Notes under the pieces: generated by a model
What the model was told of the DNA's origin: nothing
The model's input: the letters and a program-made list of their open reading frames with translations, nothing else
Databases searched by the model: none
Shown here: positions 12,911 to 26,849 of the stretch, piece after piece
Numbering within the stretch: position 1 is the stretch's first letter
Layout of the letters: each line of letters starts with the position of its first letter
From: Gnetum montanum
Lineage: Eukaryota; Plantae; Gnetophyta
DNA length: 64,000 nt
Reading direction: 5' to 3'
Assembly: GCA_015680685.1 (NCBI GenBank)
Contig: MNCI01001543.1
Location: forward strand, 186,001-250,000
Program-made: the position numbers and the translations under genes

Positions 12911-15900
12911 TATGAATCAAGAACTTAGAAGGAGAGGTTGAATATGTTCCCTGATTAAAACAAATATAACCACCAAAAACATCACATAATTTTTACATGA
13001 TTTCTCAAATTGAGTACCTCCACATTTGGAGAGTAGAATCCTTGCACATCTCTAGACTTTGTTCCTTACCAAAATGTGGTTTAGAGGGCACCATAACCTT
13101 TATAAAGTCTGAGCTTTTCTCTAGAGTTTTTTGACGATGCAAACACACTCAATCATGCAAGGTCCCAACAAGCTCAAAATGTGCTTTAAATAATTCTAAA
13201 ACCTTTTTAAAATTTGAGCTATGCACCAAAGTATTTTATTGCTATAAAACCACTCAATCCCTCAAGGTCCCGATAAGCTCAATGAAGATGTCCAAAACTT
13301 AGACATTGAGGATTTAAAAATCATTGTAGTAACTAGAGTCTTCAACATTTGTAATGCATCCATTTCTTGAACATCTATTCATGGGTTACTTTGCCTTTGT
13401 AGAGATGCATCTTTGAATCTCATCAACTTATGCAATAAATGTCCATTAAAATCCATACAATATTCTTGATGAAACAATAGACATATTGCTAAAGTGCTGA
13501 GATGTCAGAGTAATCATATTGAAATAATGTGATAGATGTCTACCTCCTAAGATGAATGTATGCTATCAAAATGAGATTTCTTACACGTAGCTAAGATGTC
13601 TAACTATTAGAGTATATATCTAACTTGCCAAGGCCAAAATCAAAAGTTCTCATTTTGAGGTTTGAGACTTTCAAGCATCACCAAACAACTCCCAATAGCC
13701 CCCATAACCTCCTAGACTCATTAAAATAAGTCAAAAACACCCCCAAACATGGAAAAACACCCTAGGATCATCCTCAAATAATCAAAACAAGAAAACACAC
13801 ATAAATAGCACACATACATTGAGGATTACATAAGTGCTAGGTGACATCCTCATCAAATGTCCATAAATTTGCAATGCCATATCAAGATCAAGTTTGGAAA
13901 ATTTTGAAAGTAAGGCCTTCCATTAGTAGTACCTTATGACAAAGATAGCAAATAATTCATATTCTAAAGGAATTTATTTTAAAATTTTGTTGTTCTTAGA
14001 AGATACATGAATTACATTAAAGGTACCAATTCAAATGCTTCAATTACCATACATCAAAAATCTTATAAAAATAATTGGACTTTATGATTTTACAAGGAAG
14101 CAACAATTCCATATCATAGCTTAATTAAGAGTATGGAACACAAGACATATATATTTAAACAGCAATGAATATTCAACAAAGAGCCTTTGGTCCATGAATT
14201 ATAGTCAAAGGGGCTTTAAACCACTTGAAACTAATATATTTTAGTTAAGAACATGATTTATAAACAAAAAATTTAAAAGTTACACAAGCAGGTGTTATAG
14301 CTCAACAATTTGCAAGATCTAGTGGAAATTTCTTTGGATATTCAAAGATTTCCAATACCTTCCATTCAACCATTTTTCTAAATGCTATCATAAAAGTAAA
14401 CTAACCTAGTTTAATCTCATCAAGTGAAGGAATGTTGATTATAATTATACTTACAATTGCTTACCTTGCTTTTGGGTATGGACATAGTTAATATAGTTTA
14501 GGATGAGTTCCTCTATCATAGAGTACCTCCTTGGAATGCATATGATATTTTCCTTTTCTAACATCAAGATATTTGTTTAAGTTACTAGCTTTCTCATCTA
14601 GGGCCTCCAAACCTTTCTACCCTACAAGTCATACTTTCCAATCTTCTTTGGATAAGACCATGTAGTCAATTTATAATGCTTTGATCATAAATAATAATAA
14701 GATTGCTTATGCCCAAAATTACCATAGTAAAAACACATACTATTTCTCATTTTGACTACATGAGCAACACTAGATATATATATCCTATTTGATGAAGTGC
14801 TTGTAGATGTGTTATAGTGGGAATGATTTCTTAGTTCTCTATTATTATTTGGATCTCCACTTTGTCCTAGCATGATTTGTAGAGTTTCCTTCTCCTGTGT
14901 TAACCTATCATTGATGAGCTTCAAATATGCAAGATTCTTGTTAATCTACTCATTGAAAAGGGTTAATTTTTATACCTCAACCCTTTGGTGTTAGTTTTTC
15001 TTTTCAAGATTTGATCACTTTATATTAAGTTGAGATATCTCTATTTCTTTAGTATACATGCCCTTTTTCATTTTGCTACATAAAATTTGAAATAAATTAC
15101 CTTATTACAAAGTAGCTCATACCTTTATTCTAAAGAAGTCTCATCTTCTTTAGCTTCATTATTAGATAATAAATCATTGATGATTTCTTGATTAGACAAG
15201 ACTATATATGAAAATATGAATATTTTGGTGTATTACTTGTTTCCTCTTCATCATCCCAACTTATGTATATGTTACTTCTTCTCCTTTCTTCACTATACTT
15301 ATTTGTTATGACCTATAAACATTGAAGCATTTGGAGGCAATATGACCTCTTCCACCATGCCCAGCATTCCATAGAAAAGGTATCAAAATTTGAAAGTTTA
15401 GATTGATTATCTATATTCTTATCTTTTCCACCCAAAATTCTTTTGATGAATTGAGTGCATCCATCCAAGATGAATGCCCAAACTAAGAGCCTTACATACC
15501 TAAAGAACTCTTGCATTTGAGTCTTCTAGCATGTAAATATGATGCCATTGAATATTGATAGTTGATGTATGATCCTCCTTCCATCATTCACTCCTAAGTT
15601 GTTACACTAAAAACCATGAGTAGTAGGCTCCAATACCACTTATGGATCAATGACTTAGAAAGGGGGGTTTCATAAGTTACAAAATTAAAACAATTACAAC
15701 CACCAAAAACTAGACATAAGTTATACATGGTTCCCTAACTTGGATACCTCCACACTTGAAGGGTAGAATCCTTGCATACCACTTAAATTTGTTCCTTATC
15801 AAAATATGATTTAGAAAGCATCACAACATTTACAAATTTTAAGATTCACTCCAAAGTGTTTTAATGCTATGAATACACTCAACCCTGCAAGGTTCCAACA

Positions 15901-16700
15901 AGCTCAAAATGTAATTTAAATGACTCCACAACCTTTAAAAAATGTAAGCTCTATACTAGAGTGTTTTTTCACTATAAAACGACTTAACCCCTTAGGATTT
16001 AACAAGCTCAACATAGATGCCTTTCTATAAGAAGCAAATCAACCTCGTACGGCTTACAAGAAAGAAGAAAAGAATCAAGGAAAGGCTATAAGTAAATTTA
16101 CAAATTCCTTTTAATGAAAGCTCTCAAAACATTCAGGACAATATAAATGATTGAAACAATGAAGAACAAAGTCATATCTCTTAAAGCTTATAATGGTTGA
16201 TATTCAATGAATAGTGCTTGCACATTATCCAAGAATTCTACATTGTACTATACCCTTTAAGTTTTCAAAAACTCTGTGGAATTTCTATAATGACTATAAT
16301 TTGGCTAGCTTGGACATCTAATTTGAAGTGAATATGTCTATCTATAATTACCCTAAATTCAACAGAGACATCTACCTAAATATGTAGACATTTATCCTTA
16401 GACATCTTTTCCAAGAGTTAGATGTCTACTACCAAAGTGAGATGTCCATCCTATAAGCACATTGGACTTTGAATCATTTCTTTGACATTTTAACATCTTG
16501 GCAGTCCCCAAAACATCTTCATTTGGCTCGTAGACTTGTCTTGTATCCTATCTCTTATCTTGTCATCCCAGCATAGCTCTCATTCAATTTATCTCTCATT
16601 TTTAAGTCTTTGATCTTCTTGTCATCTCAATGTAGCTCTTGTTCTAACTCAAGATTTTTTCTTTGTCCCAATCTAATGTCTTAATACATTAAAGCTCTTC
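12911..16700 (-). mobile_element. Element C: SIRE/Copia-like remnant, gag only; right boundary uncertain
   Basis: Diverged direct repeats starting at 12911 and 15641 with a SIRE-like terminus (CCCCCTTTCTAAG..CATA on -). Degenerate Met-i PBS. Gag motif IFNG..W*KTQMQEF and two degenerate CCHC knuckles (GRGHIASKC; CFYYGNFGHKQSY). Confidence 0.6.
15626..15638 (-). promoter_or_regulatory. Element C primer-binding site (tRNA-iMet type)
   Basis: Minus strand TGGTATTGGAGCC vs canonical TGGTATCAGAGC, 2 nt from the LTR end. Confidence 0.65.
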
Positions 16701-16739
16701 ATTTTGCTATTGTCCTCTAGTGAAGCTAAAGCCATCAAT

Positions 16740-17010
16740 TTCACTAAACCTATGACAAAAAATATGATTCAGTGTGAAGCACTTATATATGGAATTTAAC
16801 TAACCTTATACTATGAATTATCAAAACTTAAAATTTATAATGATTCTCAACTTATAGTAAATCAAATCAATGGAATTTTTGAAGATAAAGATTTCATAAT
16901 GAAAGTGTAAAAAGTATACATACTCAAACGTTTCAAGAAATTTGATCACATATCCATATAACATGTTTCTAGATTATAAAATTATGTCTCTAATGCATTA
17001 GCTCAAATGG
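16740..17010 (+). pseudogene. Element B archaeal-type RNase H (aRH) remnant
   Basis: TKNMIQCEALIYGI..LKIYNDSQLIVNQING..FDHISI*HVSRL*NYVSNALA matches the aRH consensus TNNxAEYEAL..GDSQLxxNQ..HVxRxxNxxADALA. Confidence 0.85.
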
Positions 17011-17519
17011 AAGATACTTTAAATGTCATATTTTGATAAAATTCTTGACATTTTAAAATTATCATTAAAAAGGTCAAGTCTTACTCCATTCTAGATAATA
17101 TTATTTATTTCCAATTTTTTGATGATGATCATCATATTTTATTAATTTTTATTTTATGAGGATGAATTTAGGAAGAAATGTCTTATAATTTCTCAAATTA
17201 AGGAAGAACATATATCGAAGAATATCATATTTTTAAATGAAGTCTCTCTAAATATAGAACCGGAGAAGCTTTTCTTAATTACTTACATACTAAAAGTATT
17301 GAAATATCCAAAAACACTAATTGGAAAATGCTAGCTAAAATAGAAACAATTCAAATTCTAAAGAAAGGACAAAAACAGCCTATTGACTTACATACTAAAA
17401 GTATTGAAATATCCAAAAACACTAATTGGAAAATGCTAGCTAAAATAGAAACAATTCAAATTCTAAAGAAAGGACAAAAACAGCCTATTACATGTGGACA
17501 CAAAACAAAACTTTATTGA

Positions 17520-18673
17520 TTTTTTTACATGAATTTAATGATGTTTTAGCTTGGACTTAGAGGATCTTAAAACTTTTAATCCTCTTGTGATGATACATAC
17601 TATACTTCTTAAGCCCCAAAACAAAACCATTTAGACAAAAACTTAGACCTATTAACCCCAAGATTGAACCATTAATGAACATAGAAACTAGTAAACTTTT
17701 ATAATCAAAAAATATTGATCTTCTAACATACTTGAGATAGATATCAAACTTAGTTCCAGTTAGAAAACAAATAGGTGAATTACAATTATGTATTGATTTT
17801 CATAACCTTAACATCTCTTATGTTAAGGATAATTATCCACTTCCTCTTATGGAAGAACTTTACAAATTGTGAATGATGCACAAATTTACTCATTTTTAGA
17901 TAGATATTTAGGCTATAATCAAATCCTCATAAGTAAAAAAGACCAATATGAAACAATCTTTACAAAAAAATTAAGGAACTATTCAATTCTCTAAGATATT
18001 CATGGGCCTTATAAATACTAGTTCTACCTTTCAAAGGGCTATGTATATAACATTTGAAGGCTTGGTATGAAAAAGCATTATTATTTCTTTCAATGATTTA
18101 ATTGTTTTCATCAAGGATCAAGAAACTATTCTGAAAGACCTTAGAAATTTTTTCATAAGATGTTGATGATTCAGCATCACTTTGAATGCTAAAATCTAAT
18201 TTTTTGATTCAAAATGGTAAATTTCTTAGTCACATAGTTTCTAAAGAAGGAATCATGATCAATTGTAAATGGGTACATGCTATTTTATAGTTACATTATC
18301 CTCTATCTAAAATTGATTTGTTGGCATTTTTTTGAAAAAATTAATTTTGTTAGATGATTTATATCTATTTATGTTAAGTTAATTATACATTTTGTTAAGT
18401 TATTTCTATACATTTTTTTGACATGCTTAAGAAAGATGGTAGTATGTATTTAACATAAGAAAGAAAGAAAAAATTCTTTTCTTGCTATTAATAAAATCAT
18501 TATAGATTCTTATATTTTAGCTTCTTCTTAGTATGAAAATGATTTCCTTTTATACACGTTTTCTATTAAAATTATTGTCACTGCTAATGTAATCCAAGAT
18601 ATCATGAAATAAGTTGAAAAACCTATAACTTTTATGTCTACACCTTTGAAAGATGTAAAATTAAAGTATTCAC
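17520..18673 (+). pseudogene. pol: Element B RT and N-part of RNase H
   Basis: EFNDVLAW, ISNLVPVRKQIGELQLCIDFHNLN, KDNYPLP, FLDRYLGYNQI, GLINTSSTFQRAM; runs into LKYS at the D insertion site. Confidence 0.85.
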
Positions 18674-19287
18674 TGATGAGCAGCGAGGTACCCCTACGCT
18701 CAACTATACGAATATGAGTGTGTATGTGCGATCCAATTAAACTCTGTGGATGGACTAGTTGTGGCATCTAGATAGTTATACGTTGATCGCAATTTGCTAT
18801 CTTCCCACCTAGACTAGTATTTGCTTTATCACATATGGTTTACTCTAGAGTGAGGTATATGATGTGGTTTTTAATACTGTGCTACTCCTAGAGACAATGA
18901 GAAATAACTTGATTAAAATAATAAGCAATAGGAAATAAAATCTAAGATAGCCTAAGTGTGATGAGCATCCATCATTAATCATCCATATGCATCTTGGACT
19001 TCATGTACTACTTTTGGGATTACCAAGCACACATCACTTGAAGCACTACTTGATATGCTACTAGGTTACCATGTAGTTACACTTAAATGTTCGTGATTAA
19101 GTCGTACTCATTCCATGTTAACAATAGGAATAGTAAATGATGATAAAAGAAATATTAACTAAGAAAAAAATAAATAATAATTAATAATTAANNNNNNNNN
19201 NNNNNNNNNNNNNNNNNNNNNNNNNNNNNNNNNNNNNNNNNNNNNNNNNNNNNNNNNNNNNNNNNNNNNNNAAACCATGATTCATCA
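18674..19287 (-). repeat. Element D 3' LTR (contains an N gap)
   Basis: Direct repeat of 23910-24759, followed on its inner side by a PPT-like TATCCCCATGACTAAATAAAAACTCGTCCTC. Confidence 0.85.
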
Positions 19288-22200
19288 TATCCCCATGACT
19301 AAATAAAAACTCGTCCTCGAGTCAAACAAAGTGAGGAACAAGTTCATTTGATAACAAATAGTGGATAGGTATAGAATTATTGAATGACCATGGACTGTTT
19401 CATGCCGCAATATGGGATTAAACAAAATCTAGACACAAACAAAAAATACAAAACTTGGGGAACTCATGTGGTTCCCAGTGGTGGTGGCTTCTCCATGAGT
19501 GCCTTTCCTTTGTCTTGCACTCTAGGCTTCTAAAATTGATACCTTTGAAGAAGGACCTGAAGTTTCTCCTCTTTTGTCTGAGGATCATGAGTTGTCCATG
19601 CTGATGTTTCAATGTTTGATGGAATCAACGCATCCTACAAACACGGTAGTTATGGAAACATCTAATTGGCCTTGACATAGCAAGCCACAAACAACTGTCA
19701 TTCCTCCTCGTAGGCTCTAGCCTTGACCTCTCTACCTTTTTCTTGGCTAGATTATGCAGTGGCATAAATTTCCTGATGGATACTAAATGATTGTGCCTCC
19801 TACTCTACATGTTCTGCATGAGGTCCTTGGCCTCTGCCTCCTCTTGGGTGTTTGGTTGCACCTTCAAAAGGTCCTCCATGCTATCCTCTTTTAGGGACCA
19901 TCTATAATCACATAAGGACCAATTTTTAGTAAGGTTGTTTAAAGAAATTTGGTTATCTTATACCTTACTTATTGCCTTTAATAAATGCTTAATTCATTAC
20001 TTAGTGTGATTCTAGAGTTAGAGATTTTTCAAGGAGGTTTCCCTAAAAGTTTAATGTCAGACCTAATCTATTTAGGTGACACATAAAAGGACATGTAATG
20101 GTTCTAAGGAACGTTCAATAAAATAATGACAAGGCAAAGAATAGATTTGGCAATGGAGTACTTGGAGGGTGTAAAATGATGTGGTGATGTGCAACAAGTA
20201 CAAATTACAAAAGTCACGCAAGTGGGTCCTCCCCAAAGTAGGTCCCAACATATAATTCCCTTATGTAACCACACCTTAAAATGTCCATAGGTACTATAAG
20301 AGTTAAATATAATCTACATTGGTGCAAAAAAACACACACATGTTAAATACCACCGTGCTGAGGTATGAATTCTATGCCACACAAGACACAAGTTATAAGT
20401 ACTTGGATAGTGATATGAGACAAATTATAAAGGGGATTACAAAATTTGAGATGTGAGGTAACTTACCCTAGGCACAATGAATACTAAGTGTTGTGTGTAA
20501 TTAAAGTACCATTAGCCTTTCAGTCCAAGATCAAAACCAAGTCCATACCTCTAATCAATGTAATCACATTGTTTCATCCCAATGATAGACAACCATAAGA
20601 GCATTGTGACAACAAGGCGTATGATCACTTGGCAGTTTGCATAAGGGAGGAGTGATTCAAATTTTTCTATGGCATGTTTTTTCTTGGTCTTTTTTTTTCT
20701 GCTTCATTTCTTCTTCTTTTTCTTACTTTTCTTTTTCTCTTTTCTCTTTTTTTTCTTGTATTTTTCTTCTTCCAATTGCTTCTTGCACTTTGTGTTTCCC
20801 AAAAGTGATCTAGAGAATTCACCAACCTTCAAGCATGGGTGCATGTATTTTTAATGGGACCCCCCAGAATAGCATTGAGTTCCTTTATTGACTGCCTTTA
20901 TCACAACTCTTACTCCCATTTTTCATTAGATCTACAAGGATCTTAGTACAATCAAGCTACGTGATAGAACCTACAGATGTCACCAAAGAAAATCTACAAG
21001 TCCCCTTGATGTCACACCTTTTCCATTCCCTCTTAGTTCATCACTCTTTGCTCTTGGCATAATGAGTATAAAGTTACTTTAAGTTTTAATGAAAACAAGA
21101 ATATCATCATACCTAGAGTAGAATCTCTTATTAATAGAATGGGTGGGTGGATGTTGTGGGCTTAATATTTAAATAATTAGTCCCTTGTGACTTGATAGCA
21201 TAGAACAACACCTCAACCGATAGGTCACATGAGTATTTTATTCATAGATGAGATCACCTTCAAAAAGATAAAATAATAAATTGAAAGATGAAAAATTAGA
21301 AAATAAAAAATTGTAAAACCAAAGAAAAAAAGCATTTACTAATTCTACATGTTAGAATGGGGGGTGTCCCCCATAACTAAACCTTTGATTATGGTGAGAA
21401 TTAATAAATGAAAATTTTGGATCCATTCATGTTGGAAATATTAAGGTTTGGTCATATCCAAACCACTGGGTATCTTTTGGTGTGGTGGCAGGAATGTACC
21501 CAAATTGGGGTTCACAAAATTGATTAAAGTAGGCATAGTGGGGTAGATTATAAGATGTAGTCACATGATAAGGAGCTAACCCACTATGGCACCTATGACC
21601 ATAAGATGGTATGCAAGGATCGATATGTCTCCCCACATTGTTATATTCATTGGGTTGCTTGGTTGTTGGAGTGTTGATTGGTGGCCTAGATAAGGTAATA
21701 GTAGGCATTGTGTTCAAAGAGGAAGATGCATCACAGTGCTAGGCTTGTGCTGAGTTGGAGGATGCAGTGGTTTCGAAATCATGTTATCTCTTTCTACGAC
21801 CATGCCTAAAGAAAGGATTCTTCCGACGTTGTGGAGGATTCCCACTGCTATTGACAGTAGCAACACAAGTAATGTTCATGGGTTGGTGTTGTGGTGCAAA
21901 ACCTTCTGGTACTACTAGTGGTGATGTAGGAGGAGGTGAAGGATGAGAATATTGAGAGCAAGGAGAAGTATAAGGAACATGATGTGGTGATCCCATAGGA
22001 GAGGACATGGGTTGATGATACTTAGGAGAATGATAATGATGAGATGAAATAGAGGATGTTGATCCAGTTGGAGAAATAGGGTGTTGAACATAATAAGCAC
22101 TTAGTTTTGGATGATACAAAGGATGTGGCCAGTTTGGTGATGGCCTCCCCCATAACTGGGGGTTTTTCCACTACGGTTGAGCATAGTACTAAGGCTAGTA

Positions 22201-22399
22201 AGAATTTACCCATGGATAGTATGATGAGTTCTGGAATTTCCCATAAAGTTATGGGATAGGGATGCACCCAACCATGTACTTTTGTACGAAATCTAGATGT
22301 AACATTCTTTCCCAATGCTCTTGTAGATGTGACAAGATTGGGCATTAGCCTCTTGGGTGATCGTATAGGTAAACATCACATTGATACTTATGTTTTGTG

Positions 22400-23590
22400 A
22401 TTGATCCCCTATCATCATTTTCTTTAGCCCTTCATTCTAATTGTCGAATGGTGTTTCGTCTTGTTTCTAGGTTTGGTATCCTCTGTTTGTTTTTGTTGTC
22501 AAAGTTATCTTGCATGAGTCTCCCTCTAATAATGTTTGCATGTTCTCTACATTTTTCATGTACCAACTCTATCATCTTATTGATCTTTGCCTCAATTTCA
22601 TCTAGTAATTTTAGTATTAGCAAAGGTAGAAATAGTTTCACCTCTTCAAGATGATTTGATTTCTCCTCTTTATGACTATGGACCTTTATTACTTCAAGAG
22701 TTTGGTCTTGTTAATATTTTCTAACATTCTTCCATTTGGCAATTTCTCCTTCTTCTTTTGCTACCTGCTTAATAAGCTCTTGGAATTGATGGGTTCATAG
22801 TTCATATAGTTGACATGGGACATACATCCCTAGGGTCTCCCTTGTTTCATTACGGATCCCATCCATGATGTGATACATTAACCTTTCCTTGGAGAACCCA
22901 TGGCCTAGGCATTTGTTTAACAAAGAGTAATATCTTTCTAGGGCCATGTCCAAGGGTTCATGTTATCCTTGTTTCCACTCTTGGATTTGTCTCCTCAAGG
23001 TTGACACTCTTGCATAGGTTTGATACCATTGTAGGCCAACAACAAATTGAATTCCATTTTAAAGGCCTGTACCATACTTTAGCTTGGCCAATGAGTTTCA
23101 TAGAGAAGAGCTTAATCATTTTCCATCCATTATCAATATTTTTCCATGTGCAAGCATCATAGAAGGCTTGTAGATGATGTTGTGGATCTAAATTATAGCC
23201 TCCTGAAAACTTGGGAAAGTTGTTTAGATCAATCTTGGGTTGACATATTTTCTTGCAATGCCTACAAGATATCTGAATAGCCTATATTATATGCATTAGG
23301 GTTTTAGTGGGTCGCAAGGGTTCATCATCACTAAATATGTTATGAGTTTGTGAGTTGGGACAATGTTGTCTTTGTTCATATCGGTGTTCTTGATTTTGCC
23401 CATGGGTTCAATTTTTATTTCTATGTAGATCCCTTGAGGAATAATCATCCATGTCACAACCCAACATTGAAAGTATAGAGAAAGAGAGGGAACTGAAAAA
23501 CTCATCATGACTTTTATAATCTTCCCAATCATCCCATGATGTATTCTTGCTATCCATTGAGAAGGTCCTAGGCCTTACGGGCTCCCTCAT
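22400..23590 (-). pseudogene. gag: Element D gag remnant
   Basis: Minus translation DLNNFPKFSGGYNLDPQHHLQAFYDAC..LIGQAKVWY..NSICCW, a retrotransposon gag core. Confidence 0.75.
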
Positions 23591-23892
23591 TCTAGGGGAT
23601 GTCCCACCTTCACTAGAGGTGTCTAAGTTGGATGATAAAAGTCATTGAGTATTGTTGAAATGTCTATGAACATATGAAACTCCTACATAAGATTAAGTAC
23701 TCCAAACTTCTTCATTGATTCTCCAATGAATTGCCTTACTAGATGTTGTGTTATCGTTGTCTTGTCAAAGAGACATTATTGTGAATTGTGTGTGAATTAA
23801 TTGAATTTAATTTCTTTGTCTAAAATATATATCATTAATACTTCATTATAGCAATCTTATATGATATAACTAATCTAGATAACTAGCACCAT

Positions 23893-23908
23893 CCTGATAA
23901 TAGTGCCA
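23893..23908 (-). promoter_or_regulatory. Element D PBS (Athila tRNA-Asp type, decayed)
   Basis: TGGCACTATTATCAGG vs TGGCGCCGTTGCCGGG; the differences are transitions. Confidence 0.6.
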
Positions 23909-23909
23909 A

Positions 23910-24759
23910 TGATGATGAGTAAGGTACCCCTACGCTCAACCATACAAATATGAGCATGTACGTGCGATCCAATCGAACTCCGTGGATAGACTAGTTGTGG
24001 CACCTAGATAGTTATACGTTGATTGTAGTTTACTGTCCTCCCACTTGGACTAGTATTTTCTTTGTCACTTATGGTTTAGTCTAGAGTGAGGTGTATGATG
24101 TTGTTTCTAATACTAAGCTACTCCTAGAGAAAACGAGAAATAACTTGCTTAAACTAATAAGCAATAGGAAATAAAATCTAAGGTAGCCTAAGTATGATAA
24201 ACATCTGTCCTTAATCATCCATACACATCTTGGAATTTTTGTATTACTTCTGGGATTACTAAGTGCACAACACTCAAAGCACTACTTGATACACTACTGA
24301 GTCACCACATAGTTACACTTAAATGTTCGTGATTAAGACATACTCATTCTATGTTAACAATAGGAATAGTAAATAATGATAAAAGAAATATTAACTAAGA
24401 AAAAAATAAATAATAATTAACAATTAAACAATTAAAAACCAAGTGAATGCTGCAATGATGGAGTAATCTCGATCTTTATTGCTGATTGTATGCATGTCCA
24501 AGTACGACACACTTGAACAAAGGCTCCATACAATTACAAGCATCAGACTGCCAACATGCACTTGGAAAAGAACTGAAAGCTAACTAAAAACTAATAAAAA
24601 GACTAGACCTAAAGACTTACCAGTAAAAAACCCTTCCCATGTGCTTGAGTGCTATAATTATAGGCCAACACAAGAATCACAATATCGTGTATACGATATT
24701 GTATCTAGGCTGATATATCGGGTACCTGATATTGGGGCCTAGCAAACAATGATTCATCA
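23910..24759 (-). repeat. Element D 5' LTR (850 bp)
   Basis: Direct repeat of the 18674 LTR, with TG..CA termini. Confidence 0.9.
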
Positions 24760-24764
24760 TTCAC

Positions 24765-25262
24765 CTATAGAAAAATAATTGTATGGTGGTCTTATTAAAG
24801 CTCTAAAGAAGTTTCACTAATACTTCTTAAATGCTAAGGTTTTTATTATTGTTCATGATTTAGCCATCATTACATTAGCCAAATTACAAGATCCTAATGA
24901 AAAACATGTTATGCAAATTATGAAATTACAAGAGTATGTTATTCAATGAAAGGTAGAAAAATTGATTAGAGGAAAAAGTCTTGCCAAGATAATAGCCAAA
25001 GCCTTAACTTTATAAAAATTTGACATACCTAAAGAACAAGAATTATTTCATCCTTACATATGATGTATTCAAAAAGAAGATGATTTCTTATTTACTCCTA
25101 ACCAATTACATGATTCATGGTATGGATATATTAGGTTTTATTTAACCTTTTATCATTGTCCTTTAAATTTACCTAGATATGAATGAAAACTATTATTATC
25201 TAAACATTTTAAGTTTTCCTTAATAAGTGATGAGTTATTTTTTTTAAAAAAATCAAGAAGTG
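24765..25262 (+). pseudogene. pol: Element B RNase H C-part and start of integrase
   Basis: PIEK*LYG..LIKALKKF, MKLQEY, HDSWYGYIRFYL. Confidence 0.75.
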
Positions 25263-26843
25263 TGAAACATCGTGGAAATTGCGGATCAGCCTAAGGTGAA
25301 GATTCACAATTTAGGAAAAAGCTCAGAGTAGAAATCCAGAAGGTAGAACAACGCAAAAGGGTGACATCAAGTCTCCAAATTTCTTAAAAAATTCTAACTT
25401 GGTTGCTCCTTACGCTACATTATGCAATGTAGCGTCATGTCGCTCAGCATAATTCTGCGCGATGTAACGAAGGTAGCTTACTGTAGCAATGAAGTCAGCA
25501 AAAATTTGGAACTTCGGCAAGTATGACAAGTTTAAGGCCTAAGCAGCGGTTTATGACTTGTTGCATATTCCACCAATTTTTTTTGATCAGGAAATTATTT
25601 ACACTCCATTACGTAGAGCAACGTAATGATCCTCGAGGAAATCAAAGTCAACGTCAAAAGAAGCATGACAACTTAACTTATTTTTTGCAGATTGGTTGCT
25701 TTACGCTTTATTACACTACGCAGTGTAAGCAAGAGTAATGTGCTAAAAAGTTAACCACTTTTACGCTCTATTATGCTTTGCAGCATAAATAAGTGTAACA
25801 CATGTGGAATTCATCACATTACGCTCTACTACGCTATGCAGCGTAAACGAACGTAATGCAGTATAAAGTCAGCTAAGGCAGTACCAAACACGCACTTGTT
25901 ATCCATGTGCGGCAATACGCTCATATCGTAGCGTAATCATGAGGTGGTTTCAACAAGAGTGGTTTACAACACACCTCACCCCCAAGACATAATGTGGCAT
26001 GACCATCTTTAACATAAAAATTGTCAAGTCAATGGTATTTTGAAAGTTCGAGACACGTGTCATCAGGACCATGCCTTCCCATATGATGCTGAACTTATAA
26101 ATACCCCAGTTGGCGAAGGGAAAAAAAAGAAGGAAGAAGGGAGGGATTTTCTTCTTTTGAAGGACATAAGGCATTGTTTGAGCATTGGCAACGAGAGCGA
26201 TTAGTCTTCTTGTTGAAAACATTATCCTCTTCATTGGCGATCATTAGTAGCTTTAAGAAATGATTACCGAGGGCAAAAGGAGCAGATCAGAGATTGAGAG
26301 ATCATCTAGTATGATTGGCAAGGTTTATTGATTAGAAACAGTTGATCGATAGACATCCAGGCTTGACCTTCCTTGCTTTCCACTTTTGGCTTACGAGGTA
26401 GATCAACTTTCATTTTGTTCTCCCTTTTAAACAGTTTTCTTGTTGTTTCGTGTATGCTTCACACAAAGATAAGTGAAGTCTGTCGTTAGAACATTGTATG
26501 AATTTTGAGTCAAATCATAGATCTTCGAATTATGCATTTTCCCTAAATATGATCTTCCTTGTTACATTGACGTTATCGTTATTTCAAGTTCTTTACATTG
26601 TTTTCTACTCCCTCTATGATTGACTGAATTAATTCGTTTCATGAAATATATATATAAAATATATATACTACTACAATATTCGATAATTTACTGATTAAGT
26701 AAGTCCCTGTTTGATCGACAAGACCATTCAGGGCACCTCAGATTCGTTTTCTCCAGCACGGCCCTCGCACGAATCCGTGGTTAAGACTGTGTACACGGAT
26801 CTTCGCTCGGTATTTCCAGCAACTAATGTTTTCCATCGTTATA
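25263..26843 (+). repeat. Element E 5' LTR (~1581 bp)
   Basis: TGAAACATC..CATCGTTATA (the terminal CA is mutated); TATAAATA at 26096-26103; followed by the PBS. Confidence 0.9.
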
Positions 26844-26849
26844 GTTTTC

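Larger units (their letters stand above)
18674..24759 (-). mobile_element. Element D: Athila-like non-autonomous (gag-only) LTR element
   Basis: TGATG..CATCA termini and a 5-bp TSD TTCAC (18669-18673, 24760-24764). Host RNase H reads LKYS|PIEK across the insertion. Two LTRs, PBS and PPT present; no pol motifs seen. Confidence 0.9.

Noticed and set aside
17281-17489. Exact 104-bp tandem duplication that creates ORF 17328-17519
   Set aside because: Perfect identity inside a heavily decayed element, with copies separated by one base: a probable assembly artefact or a trivial recent slip
18674-18700. CTGATGAG as a hammerhead ribozyme core
   Set aside because: It is created by the TSD/LTR junction, and no supporting stems or correctly placed GAAA were seen
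20669-20854. Phe-rich hydrophobic ORF
   Set aside because: Low-complexity T-rich tract, not a membrane protein
25950-26234. Repeated small ORFs in LTRs (also 30787-31059, 45545-45763, 61496-61714, 46590-46799, 62638-62877)
   Set aside because: Their recurrence is explained by LTR duplication; no protein motifs
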